A DNA stretch of 64,000 nucleotides from an uncultured delta proteobacterium (GCA_963743525.1 CAVUQH010000004.1:128001-192000); one strand, 5' to 3'; positions 18,629-29,205 are shown, counted from the stretch's first letter. Numbers and translations are program-made. The notes: generated from the letters alone by a model not told the origin.

Positions 18629-19369
18629 TCAGCTGGGATGCGGCTCGATCCAGTCGTAGCCCTTGTCCACCAGCTCCTTGATCAGGCGCAGGTTGTAGCG
18701 ATTCATGGCGCCCAGGCGGGTGGCCAGCTCGGTCAGCTCCTTGTCGTAGTCGTCGGCCGACCAGCAGTGGTTGGCCAACCCGACCTCGGCCGCGCGCCTG
18801 CCGTCGATGCGCACGCCGGTGAGCATCAGCTCCTTGGCCATGGCCCGACCGATACGCGCAGGCAGCCGGCGAAGGCCGCCCCAGCCGGGGCCGTTGCCGC
18901 CGAACTCCGGCTGATCCGGATCGCCGTCCTCGGTCATCTTGGGCCGGTACGGCGGTCGCGCCGACAACGTGATCTCGACCAGGCCGACCTTGGCGTTCTC
19001 AGAGCAGACGATGAAGTCGGCGCCGAGCGCGACCTCGAGCCCGCCGCCCAGGGCGTAGCCGTGGATCGCGGCGACCACCGGGACGCTGGTCCGCTCGATG
19101 GTGTCGATCATGCGCTGGCCCATGCGCCCCTGCTCGATCCGGTCTTTCTTGGTCAGCTCCTCGGACCAGGCCAGGTCCATGCCGGCGCAGAACGCGCGCC
19201 CGGCGCCGCGCAGGACCACGCAGCAGACCTCCTCGTTGGCGTCGAGCTCGGTGAACGTCGTCAACAGCTCGCGCATCATCTGTGGGTTGATGGCGTTGAG
19301 CTTGTCGGGGCGGTTGAGCGTCAACCAGGCGACGCGCTCTTCGATCTTCAGCTCCAGGGTCTCCAGCAT
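18629..19369 (-). CDS. Enoyl-CoA hydratase/isomerase
   Basis: LNRPDKLNA, AFCAGMDL, GYALGGGLE, VEI, PGWGG. Confidence 0.9.
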   Translation of the reverse strand: MLETLELKIEERVAWLTLNRPDKLNAINPQMMRELLTTFTELDANEEVCCVVLRGAGRAFCAGMDLAWSEELTKKDRIEQGRMGQRMIDTIERTSVPVVAAIHGYALGGGLEVALGADFIVCSENAKVGLVEITLSARPPYRPKMTEDGDPDQPEFGGNGPGWGGLRRLPARIGRAMAKELMLTGVRIDGRRAAEVGLANHCWSADDYDKELTELATRLGAMNRYNLRLIKELVDKGYDWIEPHPS

Positions 19370-19404
19370 CTCTATCTCTCCAATCTCTCGCCTCGGGGTC
19401 GAAT

Positions 19405-20658
19405 TCAGCGCCGCGGCAGGCCCAGCCCGCGCGTGGCGATCACGTTGCGTTGGATTTCGGAGGTGCCGGCGAGGAAGGTCGCGGCGACCGCATCCCGGCA
19501 CAGGTGGGCAAAGGCGCCGTTCATCGGCGCGTCCGGCCCGCGCCACAGCCGGCTGTTGCCGCCGAACAGGCGGTCACCGGTGCGCGCCAGCCGCTGGTGC
19601 AGCTCGGCGCCGAGCATCTGGTTGACCGACGCCTCGTAGCCCGGCTCGACGCCGGCCGCCTGCTGCGCGGCCATGGTCAGCGCCAGCGAGTAGAGCACGC
19701 GGATGTCGACGTGGCGCCGGGCCAGCTCGTCGCGCAGCGTCTCGCGCCAGTCGTCGCGCACCAACCGCCGGCCCTCGTCCGAGCGCGCGTAGGCGATCAA
19801 GTCGCGCAGCGCCAGCTCGTACTTGATCACCGCGCCGATGCCCGAGCGCTCGAAGGTGAGCGCCGACATCGCCACGTACCAACCGCGGTTCTCGTCGCCG
19901 ATCCGGCAATCGAGCGGCACGCGCACCTCCTCGAAGAAGACCTCGGTGAAGGGCGCGGCGCCGCGCAGGTCGCGGATGGGACGGATGGTAACCCCGGGGC
20001 TGCGGGCGTCGATGAGCAGGAAGGAGATGCCGTGGTGCTTCTTCTTCGACCTCTCCGGCGCATCGGCGTCGGTGCGCACCAGGACGAACAACCAGTCGGC
20101 GTGGTCGCCCAGCGACATCCACACCTTCTGGCCATCGACCACGTAATGATCGCCGTCGCGCACCGCGCGGGTGCGCAGCGACGCCAGATCCGAGCCGGCG
20201 TCGGGCTCGGAGAAGCCCTGTGCCCAGCGCGTCTGGCCGGCGGCGATGCCGGGCAGGAAGCGCTGCTTCTGCGCCTCGGTACCGTGGGCCAGCACGGTCG
20301 GTCCCAGCAGGAATGCGCCGATGCCGTTCACCGTCGGCACCCGGGCGCGCATCATCTCCTCGTGGAGGATGAACGCCTCCAGCGGACCGAGGCCGGCGCC
20401 GCCGTACTCGCCCGGCCAGTGCGGGGCGATCCAACCGTGCTCGGCCAGCGCCGCGGCCCAGGCGCGAGCGCCGGCGGCGCGCGCCGAGTCGTCCGAGTCG
20501 ATGTCGGCAGCCCAGTTGTAGCCGAGCACGTCCTCCGGCTCGAGACTGTTCTCGGCCTGCGGGTCGGGCCGGTAGTCGGCGGGGAAGCGGTCGCGCACGA
20601 ACGCGCGTACGCGCTGGCGAAAGGCGGCCTGCTCGGCCGTGTCGCGGAAGTCGATCAT
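19405..20658 (-). CDS. Acyl-CoA dehydrogenase
   Basis: QGFSEPDAGSDLASLRTRA, GQKVW, FERSG, AGTSEIQRNVIA. Confidence 0.92.
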   Translation of the reverse strand: MIDFRDTAEQAAFRQRVRAFVRDRFPADYRPDPQAENSLEPEDVLGYNWAADIDSDDSARAAGARAWAAALAEHGWIAPHWPGEYGGAGLGPLEAFILHEEMMRARVPTVNGIGAFLLGPTVLAHGTEAQKQRFLPGIAAGQTRWAQGFSEPDAGSDLASLRTRAVRDGDHYVVDGQKVWMSLGDHADWLFVLVRTDADAPERSKKKHHGISFLLIDARSPGVTIRPIRDLRGAAPFTEVFFEEVRVPLDCRIGDENRGWYVAMSALTFERSGIGAVIKYELALRDLIAYARSDEGRRLVRDDWRETLRDELARRHVDIRVLYSLALTMAAQQAAGVEPGYEASVNQMLGAELHQRLARTGDRLFGGNSRLWRGPDAPMNGAFAHLCRDAVAATFLAGTSEIQRNVIATRGLGLPRR

Positions 20659-22256
20659 GCGCGGCGGCTCCGGGGCGAAGAGATGACGCGCTCGCGATCC
20701 CAGGTCGCGGAGGTGACTCCGCGCTGGCCGCGCGCCTTGAGCTCGTGCTTGGCCAGCTTGCCGGTGGAAGACCGCGGCAGCTCGGCGACGATCTCGACGT
20801 ATCGGGGAATCATGAAGCCGGGCAGCTGCGTCTCGCAGAACGCCGCGACCTCGGCGGGATCCAGCGGGCGGCCGGGCACCGCCACCACCGCCACGGCGAC
20901 GTCTTCGTCGCCCAGCTCCGACGGCACACCGAAGGCCGCCGACTCCAGCACTGCCGGGTGGGCGTTGATCGCCCGCTCCAGCTCGAACGCGGAGATGTTC
21001 TCGCCGCGGCGGCGAATCGCCTGTGAGATGCGCTCGACGAAATAGAAGTAGCCGTCCGCGTCGACGGTGACGCGATCGCCGGTGTGGAACCACAGGTTGC
21101 GAAAGGCCCGGGCGGTGGCCGCCGCGCAGCCGTAGTAGCCGGGGAACATCACCCACGGCTGGCGCGGCCGCACCACCAGCTCGCCCGGCCGTCCCGGGGG
21201 AAGCTCGCGGTCGTGCTCGTCGACCACCCGCGCCTCGTAGCGCTCGCCGTGGGCGCGCCCGCACGATCCGGTGCGCCACGCCCCGTAGGGGCTGGCCGTG
21301 CCGATGCCGATCTCGGTGCTGGTGTAGGTCTCCACCGTGTGCACGCCGAAGCGACGGTGGAACTCGCCGTCGAGCGCCGACTTGCCCATGTAGAAGCTGT
21401 CCAGCGGGTGGTCGTGGTCGTCGTCCCGCGGCGGCTGTTTGAGCAGGATCGGGATCATGGCGAAGACCCCCATCGCCACCTGGGCGCGAAAGCGACGGAC
21501 GTCGTCCCAGAAGCGCGATGCGCTGAAGCGCTCGACCACGGCGACGGCACCGTCGCCGATGAGCGCGGCCATGGTCGCGTCCCACAGCCCGGCGGCGTGG
21601 AACAGCGGCAACGGGCAGTAGATGGTCTTGCCCGCGCTGCCGATGAAGCGCAGCGAGTCGGCGGCGCAGGTCAGCGCCAGCGAGTGCGGGACGATCACGC
21701 CCTTCGACGGCCCGGTGGTCCCCGACGTGTACATGATCGCCTGGATGTCATCCGGCGCCAGCTGCGGCATCGGCGGATCGCCGTCGGTGCCGAGCAGGCG
21801 CGACAGCGGCACCGCGGGCACGCCGAGCGCGCCAATCGGTCCCGGACTGTCCATGCGCACCACCACCGACGCGAGGTTGGGCAAGACCAGGCCATCCACC
21901 CGTCCCACCAACCGTTCGTCGATGACCAGCGTGGTGCTGTCCGAGCTGTGCAGCACGTGACGCAACAGCTCGCCGCGATACTCGGTGTTGATCGGCACCA
22001 TCACCGCGCCGATGCGCGCCAGGGCAAAGGTGACGAACAGGAACTCGGGCCCGTTGGGCAGCATGACCGCGACGTGATCGCCCGGCCCCACGCCGTGCCG
22101 GTCGAAGCCACACGCCAGGCGGTCGGAGGCGGCCTTGATATCGCCCACCGAAAGCTCGCCGTCGCGGAGCTTGACCAGGGTCCGGCTGCGATTTCGCGCC
22201 GCCTCGGCGTCGAGGACGCGAGGCAACACGAGCTCATCAATTTGTAAGTTTTCCAT
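20655..22256 (-). CDS. Acyl-CoA ligase (CaiC-like)
   Basis: YTSGTTGPSKG, LPLFH, WFHTGD, RRRGENIS. Confidence 0.92.
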   Translation of the reverse strand: MENLQIDELVLPRVLDAEAARNRSRTLVKLRDGELSVGDIKAASDRLACGFDRHGVGPGDHVAVMLPNGPEFLFVTFALARIGAVMVPINTEYRGELLRHVLHSSDSTTLVIDERLVGRVDGLVLPNLASVVVRMDSPGPIGALGVPAVPLSRLLGTDGDPPMPQLAPDDIQAIMYTSGTTGPSKGVIVPHSLALTCAADSLRFIGSAGKTIYCPLPLFHAAGLWDATMAALIGDGAVAVVERFSASRFWDDVRRFRAQVAMGVFAMIPILLKQPPRDDDHDHPLDSFYMGKSALDGEFHRRFGVHTVETYTSTEIGIGTASPYGAWRTGSCGRAHGERYEARVVDEHDRELPPGRPGELVVRPRQPWVMFPGYYGCAAATARAFRNLWFHTGDRVTVDADGYFYFVERISQAIRRRGENISAFELERAINAHPAVLESAAFGVPSELGDEDVAVAVVAVPGRPLDPAEVAAFCETQLPGFMIPRYVEIVAELPRSSTGKLAKHELKARGQRGVTSATWDRERVISSPRSRRA

Positions 22257-22337
22257 CCCCCTGACTCGCGTACGCAACCTACGGCCCAAACGCACCCCTT
22301 GCAATGTCACGAATCGGCGAGTATTTGTATGTTTCCG

Positions 22338-23123
22338 ATGGAGGCGCATGTGAACTGGGGAGGCTTTTTCCCCTGCGAGCCCGACTGGACGTGGGACACG
22401 GAGACCACGCCACTGCGCGACTTCGACCTGTGGGCGGTGTTCGAGGGCCGCGGCGAAATGAAGGCGCCAGGTGAAACCTTTCAGCTCGCGCCCGGTGATT
22501 GCCTGGTGCTCCGCCCGGGACAGCGCTACGTCTGCCACACCGACGCGCGCGAACGACTACTCGTACACGTCGTCCACTTCGACTTCGTCAATCGACGCGC
22601 GCGGCCGATCGTTCCCAGGGCACGGGAGCTGCCGCCGCTCCACCGTCCCCTGGTCAACGTCACCTTCTTTCGCGCCGTGACGACCCGCATCATCCGCCGC
22701 CACCTCGAGGGCCGCTCGGGCGACGCCGACGCATGGCTGCGCGCCGCGCTGCGCGAGCTGACCGAGGTCGATCGCGAGCGCGCTGCCCGCGGCTCCACCG
22801 ACCAGCGCGTCCAGCGCATCGAGCGGGTGTGCGCCGACATCGCCCGCGCACCGGAGCGCGCCTGGAGCGTCCGCGACCTGGCCCACGAATGCTTCGTCTC
22901 CGCCGATCACTTCACCCGTCTGTTCCGCCAGGTCCGCGGGGTGACACCGCGCGAGTTCATCCTTCGCCAGCGCATAGACGCCGCCAAACGGCTGCTCCTG
23001 GCGTCGAGCCACAGCGTCGGCCGGATCGCACAACTGACCGGATTCAGCGACATCTACCACTTCAGCCGCCAGTTCAAGGCGCACGCGGGCCGGTCACCGA
23101 CCCGCTTCCGCAAGGGCTCCTAG
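22338..23123 (+). CDS. AraC-family regulator
   Basis: Cupin N-terminus; C-terminal 'HFTRLFRQ..GVTP..AKRLL..GFSDIYHFSRQFK..G.SP..FR'. Divergent from the CoA ligase operon. Confidence 0.92.
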   Translation: MEAHVNWGGFFPCEPDWTWDTETTPLRDFDLWAVFEGRGEMKAPGETFQLAPGDCLVLRPGQRYVCHTDARERLLVHVVHFDFVNRRARPIVPRARELPPLHRPLVNVTFFRAVTTRIIRRHLEGRSGDADAWLRAALRELTEVDRERAARGSTDQRVQRIERVCADIARAPERAWSVRDLAHECFVSADHFTRLFRQVRGVTPREFILRQRIDAAKRLLLASSHSVGRIAQLTGFSDIYHFSRQFKAHAGRSPTRFRKGS

Positions 23124-23153
23124 CTCACACGTAGCTCACGCCTGGTCCCTCCC

Positions 23154-23408
23154 GTGTTGACGCGCCGTTCTCGCCATCCGTTTCGCGGCGAGGTCGGCAA
23201 AACCGTGATGGAGCGGATCCTCGACTCGGTCAAACAGAAGCCTCGCCCGGCGGCGATCCTCAACTCTCATCCGACGCTGCAAGCACCGCCCGACGGCAAC
23301 CTGTTCCGCCGCGACGACGTCTTCCGCTGTCAGGTCGAAGGCGACCGACAGACGCGCCACTTTCGCATCGGCTGGAACATCTGGACCGACGACCAGTGGC
23401 TCGACTGA
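23154..23408 (+). CDS. Small hypothetical protein or gene remnant
   Basis: Protein-like composition and GC3 bias in the 3' part; no motif recognised. Confidence 0.3.
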   Translation: MLTRRSRHPFRGEVGKTVMERILDSVKQKPRPAAILNSHPTLQAPPDGNLFRRDDVFRCQVEGDRQTRHFRIGWNIWTDDQWLD

Positions 23409-23418
23409 CGGTGCGCTC

Positions 23419-24141
23419 TCACACCAGCGTTCGATCGCCGGGGAACAGATCGATCAGATCGTCGGCGTGTTCCTCCTCGACGCGGAGAATGTCCTCGAGC
23501 AGCCTCCGGGTGGTCGGATCGCGGTCACCGAGCCAGCGGATCAACGACGAGTAGGTCTCGATGGCGATCCGCTCCGCCACCAGGTTCTCGCGAACCATCT
23601 CCTCGAGCGCTGCCGGCTCGCGGAAGCGAGCGTGGCTGCGACCGGTCAGCTGGTCGGGGGCCAGCTCCGGCTCGCCGCCCAGCTGGGCGATGCGCGCCGC
23701 CAACCAGTCGGCATGCTCGAGCTCCTGATTGGAATGCTCGAGGAACTCCTGTGCGACCGCCGGCGCGTGGACGCCGCGCGAAGCGAAGTAGTGGCTTCGA
23801 TAGCGCAGCATGCACACGATCTCGGTGGCGAGCACCTCCTGGAGCGCGTCGATGACGGCCGTGCGGTCGGCCAGATAAGCGCCCGTGACCGCTCCGTCAC
23901 CGAGGTGATCGCGCGCGCTTCGCTCGACCGCCGTGCGATCGATGGCAAAGCGATCAGTGGCTCGTGCGGGCTCCCGCCCCAGTGTCCAGGCCGGCGGATC
24001 GCTGGCGGGGAACGACTCGCGCTCCGCCTCCTCGACGGGGTCAACCGAGTCGCCGGCGGCCGCGGCGCTGCTGCGCCGCCGGTCGCGGGAGTAGTTTCTC
24101 GAGCGTGGTTGTGTGGCTGCCGGGTTCTCCGCTTTCTCCAT
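23419..24141 (-). CDS. Ferritin-like (bacterioferritin/Dps-like) protein with N-terminal 'ESFPASDPP' module
   Basis: ATEIVC..RYRSH, ELEHAD, ENLVAERIAI..Y, EEEHADDL diiron pattern. Confidence 0.85.
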   Translation of the reverse strand: MEKAENPAATQPRSRNYSRDRRRSSAAAAGDSVDPVEEAERESFPASDPPAWTLGREPARATDRFAIDRTAVERSARDHLGDGAVTGAYLADRTAVIDALQEVLATEIVCMLRYRSHYFASRGVHAPAVAQEFLEHSNQELEHADWLAARIAQLGGEPELAPDQLTGRSHARFREPAALEEMVRENLVAERIAIETYSSLIRWLGDRDPTTRRLLEDILRVEEEHADDLIDLFPGDRTLV

Positions 24142-24182
24142 CGGTCTTCTCCGTCCTCCGGGTTGGAGGTCACAGAGAGGAA

Positions 24183-24198
24183 TGCAACCGATGTGCCG
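24183..24198 (-). promoter_or_regulatory. Sigma54-type motif CGGCACATCGGTTGCA
   Basis: GGCAC-N5-TTGCA about 40 bp upstream of the ferritin-like ATG. Confidence 0.65.
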
Positions 24199-24219
24199 AA
24201 CCGTCGCCCCGCCGCAGCG

Positions 24220-24855
24220 TCAGCCGGCGCTGTGGGTGGCGGTCGCCCGCGGGATGCCGCCGTGCGCGCCGGGGTCAGCCGCCTCGAACGAGAACGGCGG
24301 ATACGGCTCCACCAGCGACGCCTGATAGGCGAGCAGGCGTACGGCCCACCGCTGCATGCCGGTGAGGAAGGCGTGCGTATGCTCGCCGACGCGCTCGTTG
24401 AGCAGCACCGAGATGGCAGCCCACAGCCACACGAACCAGGCGATGAAACCGAGCAGGCCGAGGACCAGCGCGCTGGGGATGCCGAAGATCAGCCGCGCCA
24501 GCGCCGATCCAGGCGTGGGATTGCCCGACGGCTCGATGTCGACCGTCACCGTCTGCTCGGGCGACGACGGCACGCGCTCGGTAACCAGCCCGAACCAGCT
24601 GGTGATGGCGGCGTACCAGCGGAGAGCCCGAGCCAGGCGCTCTCCGTCGCGTTCCAGATAGGCCTCGGCGCCGCCGGTGCCCGCCAGCCGCGCAGCGGCG
24701 TATGCCGGCAGCCCGATGAAGGCAGCGAAGAAGACCGTCCCCAGGGACAGCCCGAACAATCCGAGCACCATGAACGCGATCAGGCGAACGATCAGCTGAA
24801 CCCGCGTGTACTGCTCCGGCCTGACGGCGGTGAAGCGAACTGGATAGCTGTTCAT
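24220..24855 (-). CDS. DUF4389-like membrane protein
   Basis: YPVRF start, repeated TM pairs, 'RWAVRLLAY..L.EPYPPF'. Confidence 0.8.
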   Translation of the reverse strand: MNSYPVRFTAVRPEQYTRVQLIVRLIAFMVLGLFGLSLGTVFFAAFIGLPAYAAARLAGTGGAEAYLERDGERLARALRWYAAITSWFGLVTERVPSSPEQTVTVDIEPSGNPTPGSALARLIFGIPSALVLGLLGFIAWFVWLWAAISVLLNERVGEHTHAFLTGMQRWAVRLLAYQASLVEPYPPFSFEAADPGAHGGIPRATATHSAG

Positions 24856-24867
24856 CTCGCACCTCCC

Positions 24868-24915
24868 GTGACCGGGTCGGTCACCGGCCGCTTAGCGTTG
24901 CAAACCGGGTGCCGG
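24868..24915 (-). promoter_or_regulatory. Sigma54-type motif CCGGCACCCGGTTTGCA (24899-24915) plus palindrome GTGACCG-N3-CGGTCAC (24868-24884)
   Basis: Consensus match; 7-3-7 inverted repeat next to the GGAGG RBS. Confidence 0.6.
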
Positions 24916-25034
24916 CGGCAGAGGCGGATTTTGCTGCCAAACCGCGAATCGCGTGCCACTTGGCGCGTCGGCCCGGCAACTCGTTCGCGATGTGGAGGCG
25001 CGCCCCGGGTGAGGCAAATTGCCTCCCCGTGGGG

Positions 25035-26083
25035 TCAGGGTTTTCTCGCCACGAACCGGACCATCGACTGCTTCTTCCTGCCCCAGTCGGCCACGTCGTC
25101 GACCACCTCGTGGCGAATGATCTTCCAGCCGGAAAACTGTTTGGCCAGCTCCCCGGTGGCGAATCCCCCATCGTAGGGATCCTCCGGGTCGTCGTGGAAG
25201 AACTCGACGACGATCATCCCGCCCGGCTTGATCGCCTTCTTGAGCCGCGCGATCCAGTCCTTCGAGGTGCCGGCATAGAGCATCGTGGCCAGATCCCAGC
25301 GGTCGGTACCGAAATCGTACTTGTCTATGTCGGCGTTGACCGCGTTCAAGGTCAAGCCCCTTGCCGCCGCATCCTTGCGAGCCTCGGCGAGGCCGACGTC
25401 GGAGATATCGACGCCCGTCACCTTCCAACCCTTCGACGCCAGGTACAGCGCGTTGCGCCCCTGCCCCATCGCCAGCACCAACGCGGCCCCCGGTTTCACC
25501 CCCTTGACCGTGTCAACCAGGAGCCTGGTGGGCTTCTTGGAGAAGCTGTTGCCGTTGCGGAAGGCCGCGTTCCAGGTCTCGCGCTTGGCCGAGATTCCGC
25601 CGAGCTGCCACTGCCACAGCGCCACCTTCCACGCGCCGTCGACCGGCACCATCACGACGGCGTTCCACCCCGGGCCAGTCCGACGGACTCGTCGCCGTCG
25701 GCCGCGGGCACGTGCTCGGTACAGTCGCTGGTGTAGACGACCGCGCCGTCGCCGGAGTAGACCTTCTCGTCCTTGCAGTCGCGGGTGACCGGCGGCCGGC
25801 CGGGCTGCCACTGTTTCGACATGGTGGCGAGGTCGCGTGCCGAGCCGTCCTGGTAGAGGACGAAGCCGGAGGTCACCAGCGGGCGCAGTGCGCCGGCGTC
25901 GCGATGGTCGAACGCGTCGAAGAAGGCGTGCGCGTGGGCAATCGCCGCGGCGTCGTCGAGCGTCGCCGGCGGTGCAGGTGTGGGTGCGGGCGCCGATGTC
26001 GGCGTCGGCGCGGCCGGCGGCGGTGCGGCGGCCGGTTTGGGAGCACACGCAGCGACGAGCGAGACCAGGGCAATCCAGCGCAT
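25035..26083 (-). CDS. Lipoprotein: NTF2/DUF4440-like domain plus class I SAM methyltransferase, frameshift near 25670-25685
   Basis: MRWIALVSLVAAC signal in one frame; LAMGQGRNALYLASKGWKVTGVDIS in another. Removing two G from short G runs joins them (ESVDWPGWNAV). Confidence 0.72.
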
Positions 26084-26173
26084 GCCGACGCGATAACACT
26101 CCTCGGCGCGGGCCACAACGTCAACCCCGGTACAGGGCTCCCGCTGGCTGTCGGAGGGACGTGATACCAGGAC

Positions 26174-28045
26174 ATGATGCCGTCTCCAGCCACGCGTTCG
26201 GCCGATGCCCGCCAGGTGCTGCGCGAGGTGTTCGGCTTCGACGACTTCCGCGGCGGCCAGTCCCAGGCGGTCGACGCGGTGGTCAGCGGACGCGACACCG
26301 TGGTGCTGCTGCCCACCGGCGCCGGCAAGTCGCTCTGCTACCAGGTCCCGGCGCTGGTCGCCAGTCGCCGCGGGCGTGGCACCACCCTCGTGGTCTCACC
26401 GCTGATCGCGCTCATGCAGGACCAGGTCAGCGCCTTGCGCGGACGCGGCGTGGTCGCCGCGGCGCTGAACAGCCACCAGGACGAGCTCGAACAGCGCGCC
26501 GTGGTCGGCGAGCTGCTCCGCGGCGAGCTGGAGCTGTTGTACGTGTCGCCCGAGCGGGCGGCGCTGCCCAGCTTCAAGCGCATGCTCGGGCGGGTGCGCA
26601 TCGCCCTGTTGGCGGTGGACGAGGCCCACTGCCTCAGCCAGTGGGGACACGACTTCCGCCCCGAGTACCTGCGCCTCGACGAGCTGCGCGAGGTGGTCGA
26701 CGTCCCGGTGGTGGCGCTGACTGCCACCGCCACGCCGCGGGTCATGGACGAGATCGTGGCGCGCCTGCGCCTGCGCGAACCGGTGCTGGTGCGCGGCGAC
26801 TTCAGCCGCCCCAACCTGCACTTTGCCGTCCGCCACGCCGCCACCGACGCCGCCCGCCTGACCGCCACCATCGACGCGCTCGAAGCCGCCGGTCTGCGCG
26901 GGCGAACTGGCAGCGGCCGGGCCATCGTCTACTGCAGCACGCGCAAGAAGACCGAGACCGTGGCCAAAGCGCTGAGCAACGCCGGCTTTGCCGCCGCCCA
27001 CTACCACGCCGGTCGCACGGCGCTGGCGCGAGAACGCGCGCAGCGGGGATTCGAAACCGGGCGCAGCCGGGTGCTGGTGGCCACCAATGCCTTCGGCATG
27101 GGCATCGACATCCCCGACGTTCGCGTCATCGTTCACTTCCAGACGCCCGGCAGCCTCGAGGCCTACTATCAGGAGGCGGGGCGCGCGGGGCGCGATGGCA
27201 TGCCGTCCGATTGCCTGATGCTGTTCGGCCGCTCCGACATGATGACCCAGCGCCGGCTGCAGCAGTCGAGCAAGTCCAGCCTGGCTATCGAGACGCGCCA
27301 GCGGGAGGCGCTGGAGGCGGTCGAACGCTATGCCCACCAGCTCGAGTGCCGGCAGCGCGTGCTGTGCGCGCACTTCACCGGCACCGACGAACAACCGGAG
27401 TGCGGCCTGTGCGACGTGTGCAGCGATGCCGACGCGGTCACCACCCAGCTGGAGCAGCAAAGTCGCCCCGCGATCGAAATCACGCCGCTGTCCCCGGAAG
27501 CGTTGGAGCTGATCGTGCAGGCGGTCAACCACCTGCGGAAGCCGGTGGGCAAGAGCAACCTGGCGCGGGCGTTGCGCGGCAGCCGAGCGCGCGCGCTTTC
27601 GCGCGGTGGGCTGCTAACCCTGCCCGAGCACGGCGCGCTGCACGACTACGACGAAGCATCGATCGCGGCCGCCATCGACAACCTGCTCGGCTGCGGTCGC
27701 CTGGCCCGCAAGGGCCGCAAGTACCCCACGGTGTGGATGCCCGACAAGCCGGTCCGCGGCGAGCGCTCCGCCAGCGCGACCAGTCGCGAGCGCTCCCGGC
27801 CGCGGCGTCCACGCAACAGTGATCTGGCGCGCGCGCTGGACAACTACCGCAAGCGCAAAGGCCGGGCGTTGAAGTGGAAGGCCTACATGGTGTTCCAGCG
27901 GCGCGTCATTCTTGCGATCGATCGACAGCGACCACGCACTTATGACGACCTCGCCCGCATTCCGGGCCTGGGGCCCGCCAAGATCGAGCGCTTCGGCGAC
28001 GACCTCCTCGCGCTGGTTCGCGAGCATCCGGCTCGAGACGAATAG
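26174..28045 (+). CDS. recQ: RecQ DNA helicase with RQC and HRDC domains
   Basis: [36 protein letters not shown], Zn Cys cluster, [13 protein letters not shown]. Confidence 0.95.
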   Translation: MMPSPATRSADARQVLREVFGFDDFRGGQSQAVDAVVSGRDTVVLLPTGAGKSLCYQVPALVASRRGRGTTLVVSPLIALMQDQVSALRGRGVVAAALNSHQDELEQRAVVGELLRGELELLYVSPERAALPSFKRMLGRVRIALLAVDEAHCLSQWGHDFRPEYLRLDELREVVDVPVVALTATATPRVMDEIVARLRLREPVLVRGDFSRPNLHFAVRHAATDAARLTATIDALEAAGLRGRTGSGRAIVYCSTRKKTETVAKALSNAGFAAAHYHAGRTALARERAQRGFETGRSRVLVATNAFGMGIDIPDVRVIVHFQTPGSLEAYYQEAGRAGRDGMPSDCLMLFGRSDMMTQRRLQQSSKSSLAIETRQREALEAVERYAHQLECRQRVLCAHFTGTDEQPECGLCDVCSDADAVTTQLEQQSRPAIEITPLSPEALELIVQAVNHLRKPVGKSNLARALRGSRARALSRGGLLTLPEHGALHDYDEASIAAAIDNLLGCGRLARKGRKYPTVWMPDKPVRGERSASATSRERSRPRRPRNSDLARALDNYRKRKGRALKWKAYMVFQRRVILAIDRQRPRTYDDLARIPGLGPAKIERFGDDLLALVREHPARDE

Positions 28046-28189
28046 CCCGAGAACCCGGGAAAAAATTCGAGACACGCGGTGGATTCCACTCGCCGCGGCG
28101 GCCGGCGTGCGGCGGGAACGGCCCGATCGCAACTCGCATCGGCCGCGGGTCCTCGCAGCTTGTCGTCGCTGTCGGCCATTCGTGCATTC

Positions 28190-28205
28190 CGGCTCACCAC
28201 TTGCA
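28190..28205 (+). promoter_or_regulatory. Sigma54-type motif CGGCTCACCACTTGCA
   Basis: GG-N10-GC upstream of a GGAGG RBS and TTG 28240. Confidence 0.5.
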
Positions 28206-28239
28206 AGTGGGTGACAACAGGGATCGGCGGAGGGTCGTC

Positions 28240-29205
28240 TTGGATCGTCAATTGAAATTGCGCAACTGCATCGCATCGGGTGGCTGTGGCCAGGTCTTCC
28301 TGGCGCGCCAGGAGCACCTCGATCGCGACGTGGCGGTCAAGATCTTGCGGCCCGAGCTGGCCGACGATCCCGAGTCGCTGGCGCGCTTCCACCGCGAGGC
28401 GCGCGCCGCAGGGCGTATCCGCAGCCCCCACGTCATCTCGGTGTTCGACCTGGGTGTGACGCCATCGGGGCTGACCTACCTGGTCATGGAATACGTCCCC
28501 GGCGAGCCGCTCACCGAGCTGATCGCCCGAGAGGGACCGCTTCCGCTCGGACGTGCAGTACATCTGATCGCCCAGGCTTTGCGCGGGCTGTCCGCGGCCC
28601 ACGACGCCGGCGTCGTCCACGCCGACATGACCTCGGGCAACTGCCTGGTGCAGCGCTCCGTAGATGGCGAGGAGCACCTCACGGTGATCGACTTCGGTAT
28701 CGCGCGCCTGATGGAGGAGCCGGTCCCGCAGAACCTGGTTTGTGGGACACCGGAGTACATCGCGCCCGAGGTCGTCCTGGGCAACCCGCCGGACGAGCGC
28801 GCCGATGTCTACGGTGCGGGCGCCGTGCTGTACGAGCTGATCACCGGCACCCCGCCGTTCTCCGGCCAGAGTCCGATCGACATCGCCACCCGACAGGTGC
28901 ACGAAGAGATCGAGCCGCTGCGGGATCGGCGACCCGACATGGAAATCCCGCGCGAGCTCGAAGGGATCTTGCTTCGCGCGTTGGCCAAGTCACCCGACGA
29001 TCGCTACGCCAGCGCGGAGGCGTTCCGGGTTGCACTCGAACGCGCCGTACCGGCTTCCTCCCAGCGCTTCCCACGCACTCCGTCGCCCGTGCTGACCACT
29101 GCGGTCACCGCCAGCTGGGAGGTCTCGGATGTGAGACCTGTCCCAGTCACGCCTGCGGTACAGACTACGCGAAGGCTGCAAAAACGGGCGCTGGTGGTAG
29201 GATGA
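28240..29205 (+). CDS. Cytoplasmic Hanks-type Ser/Thr kinase with atypical catalytic loop
   Basis: SGGCGQV, VAVK, HADMTSGN, DFG, GTPEYIAPE. Confidence 0.88.
   Translation: MDRQLKLRNCIASGGCGQVFLARQEHLDRDVAVKILRPELADDPESLARFHREARAAGRIRSPHVISVFDLGVTPSGLTYLVMEYVPGEPLTELIAREGPLPLGRAVHLIAQALRGLSAAHDAGVVHADMTSGNCLVQRSVDGEEHLTVIDFGIARLMEEPVPQNLVCGTPEYIAPEVVLGNPPDERADVYGAGAVLYELITGTPPFSGQSPIDIATRQVHEEIEPLRDRRPDMEIPRELEGILLRALAKSPDDRYASAEAFRVALERAVPASSQRFPRTPSPVLTTAVTASWEVSDVRPVPVTPAVQTTRRLQKRALVVG

Noticed and set aside
23419..24141. Encapsulin cargo protein
   Set aside because: No encapsulin gene in the window and no LTVGSL-like targeting peptide.
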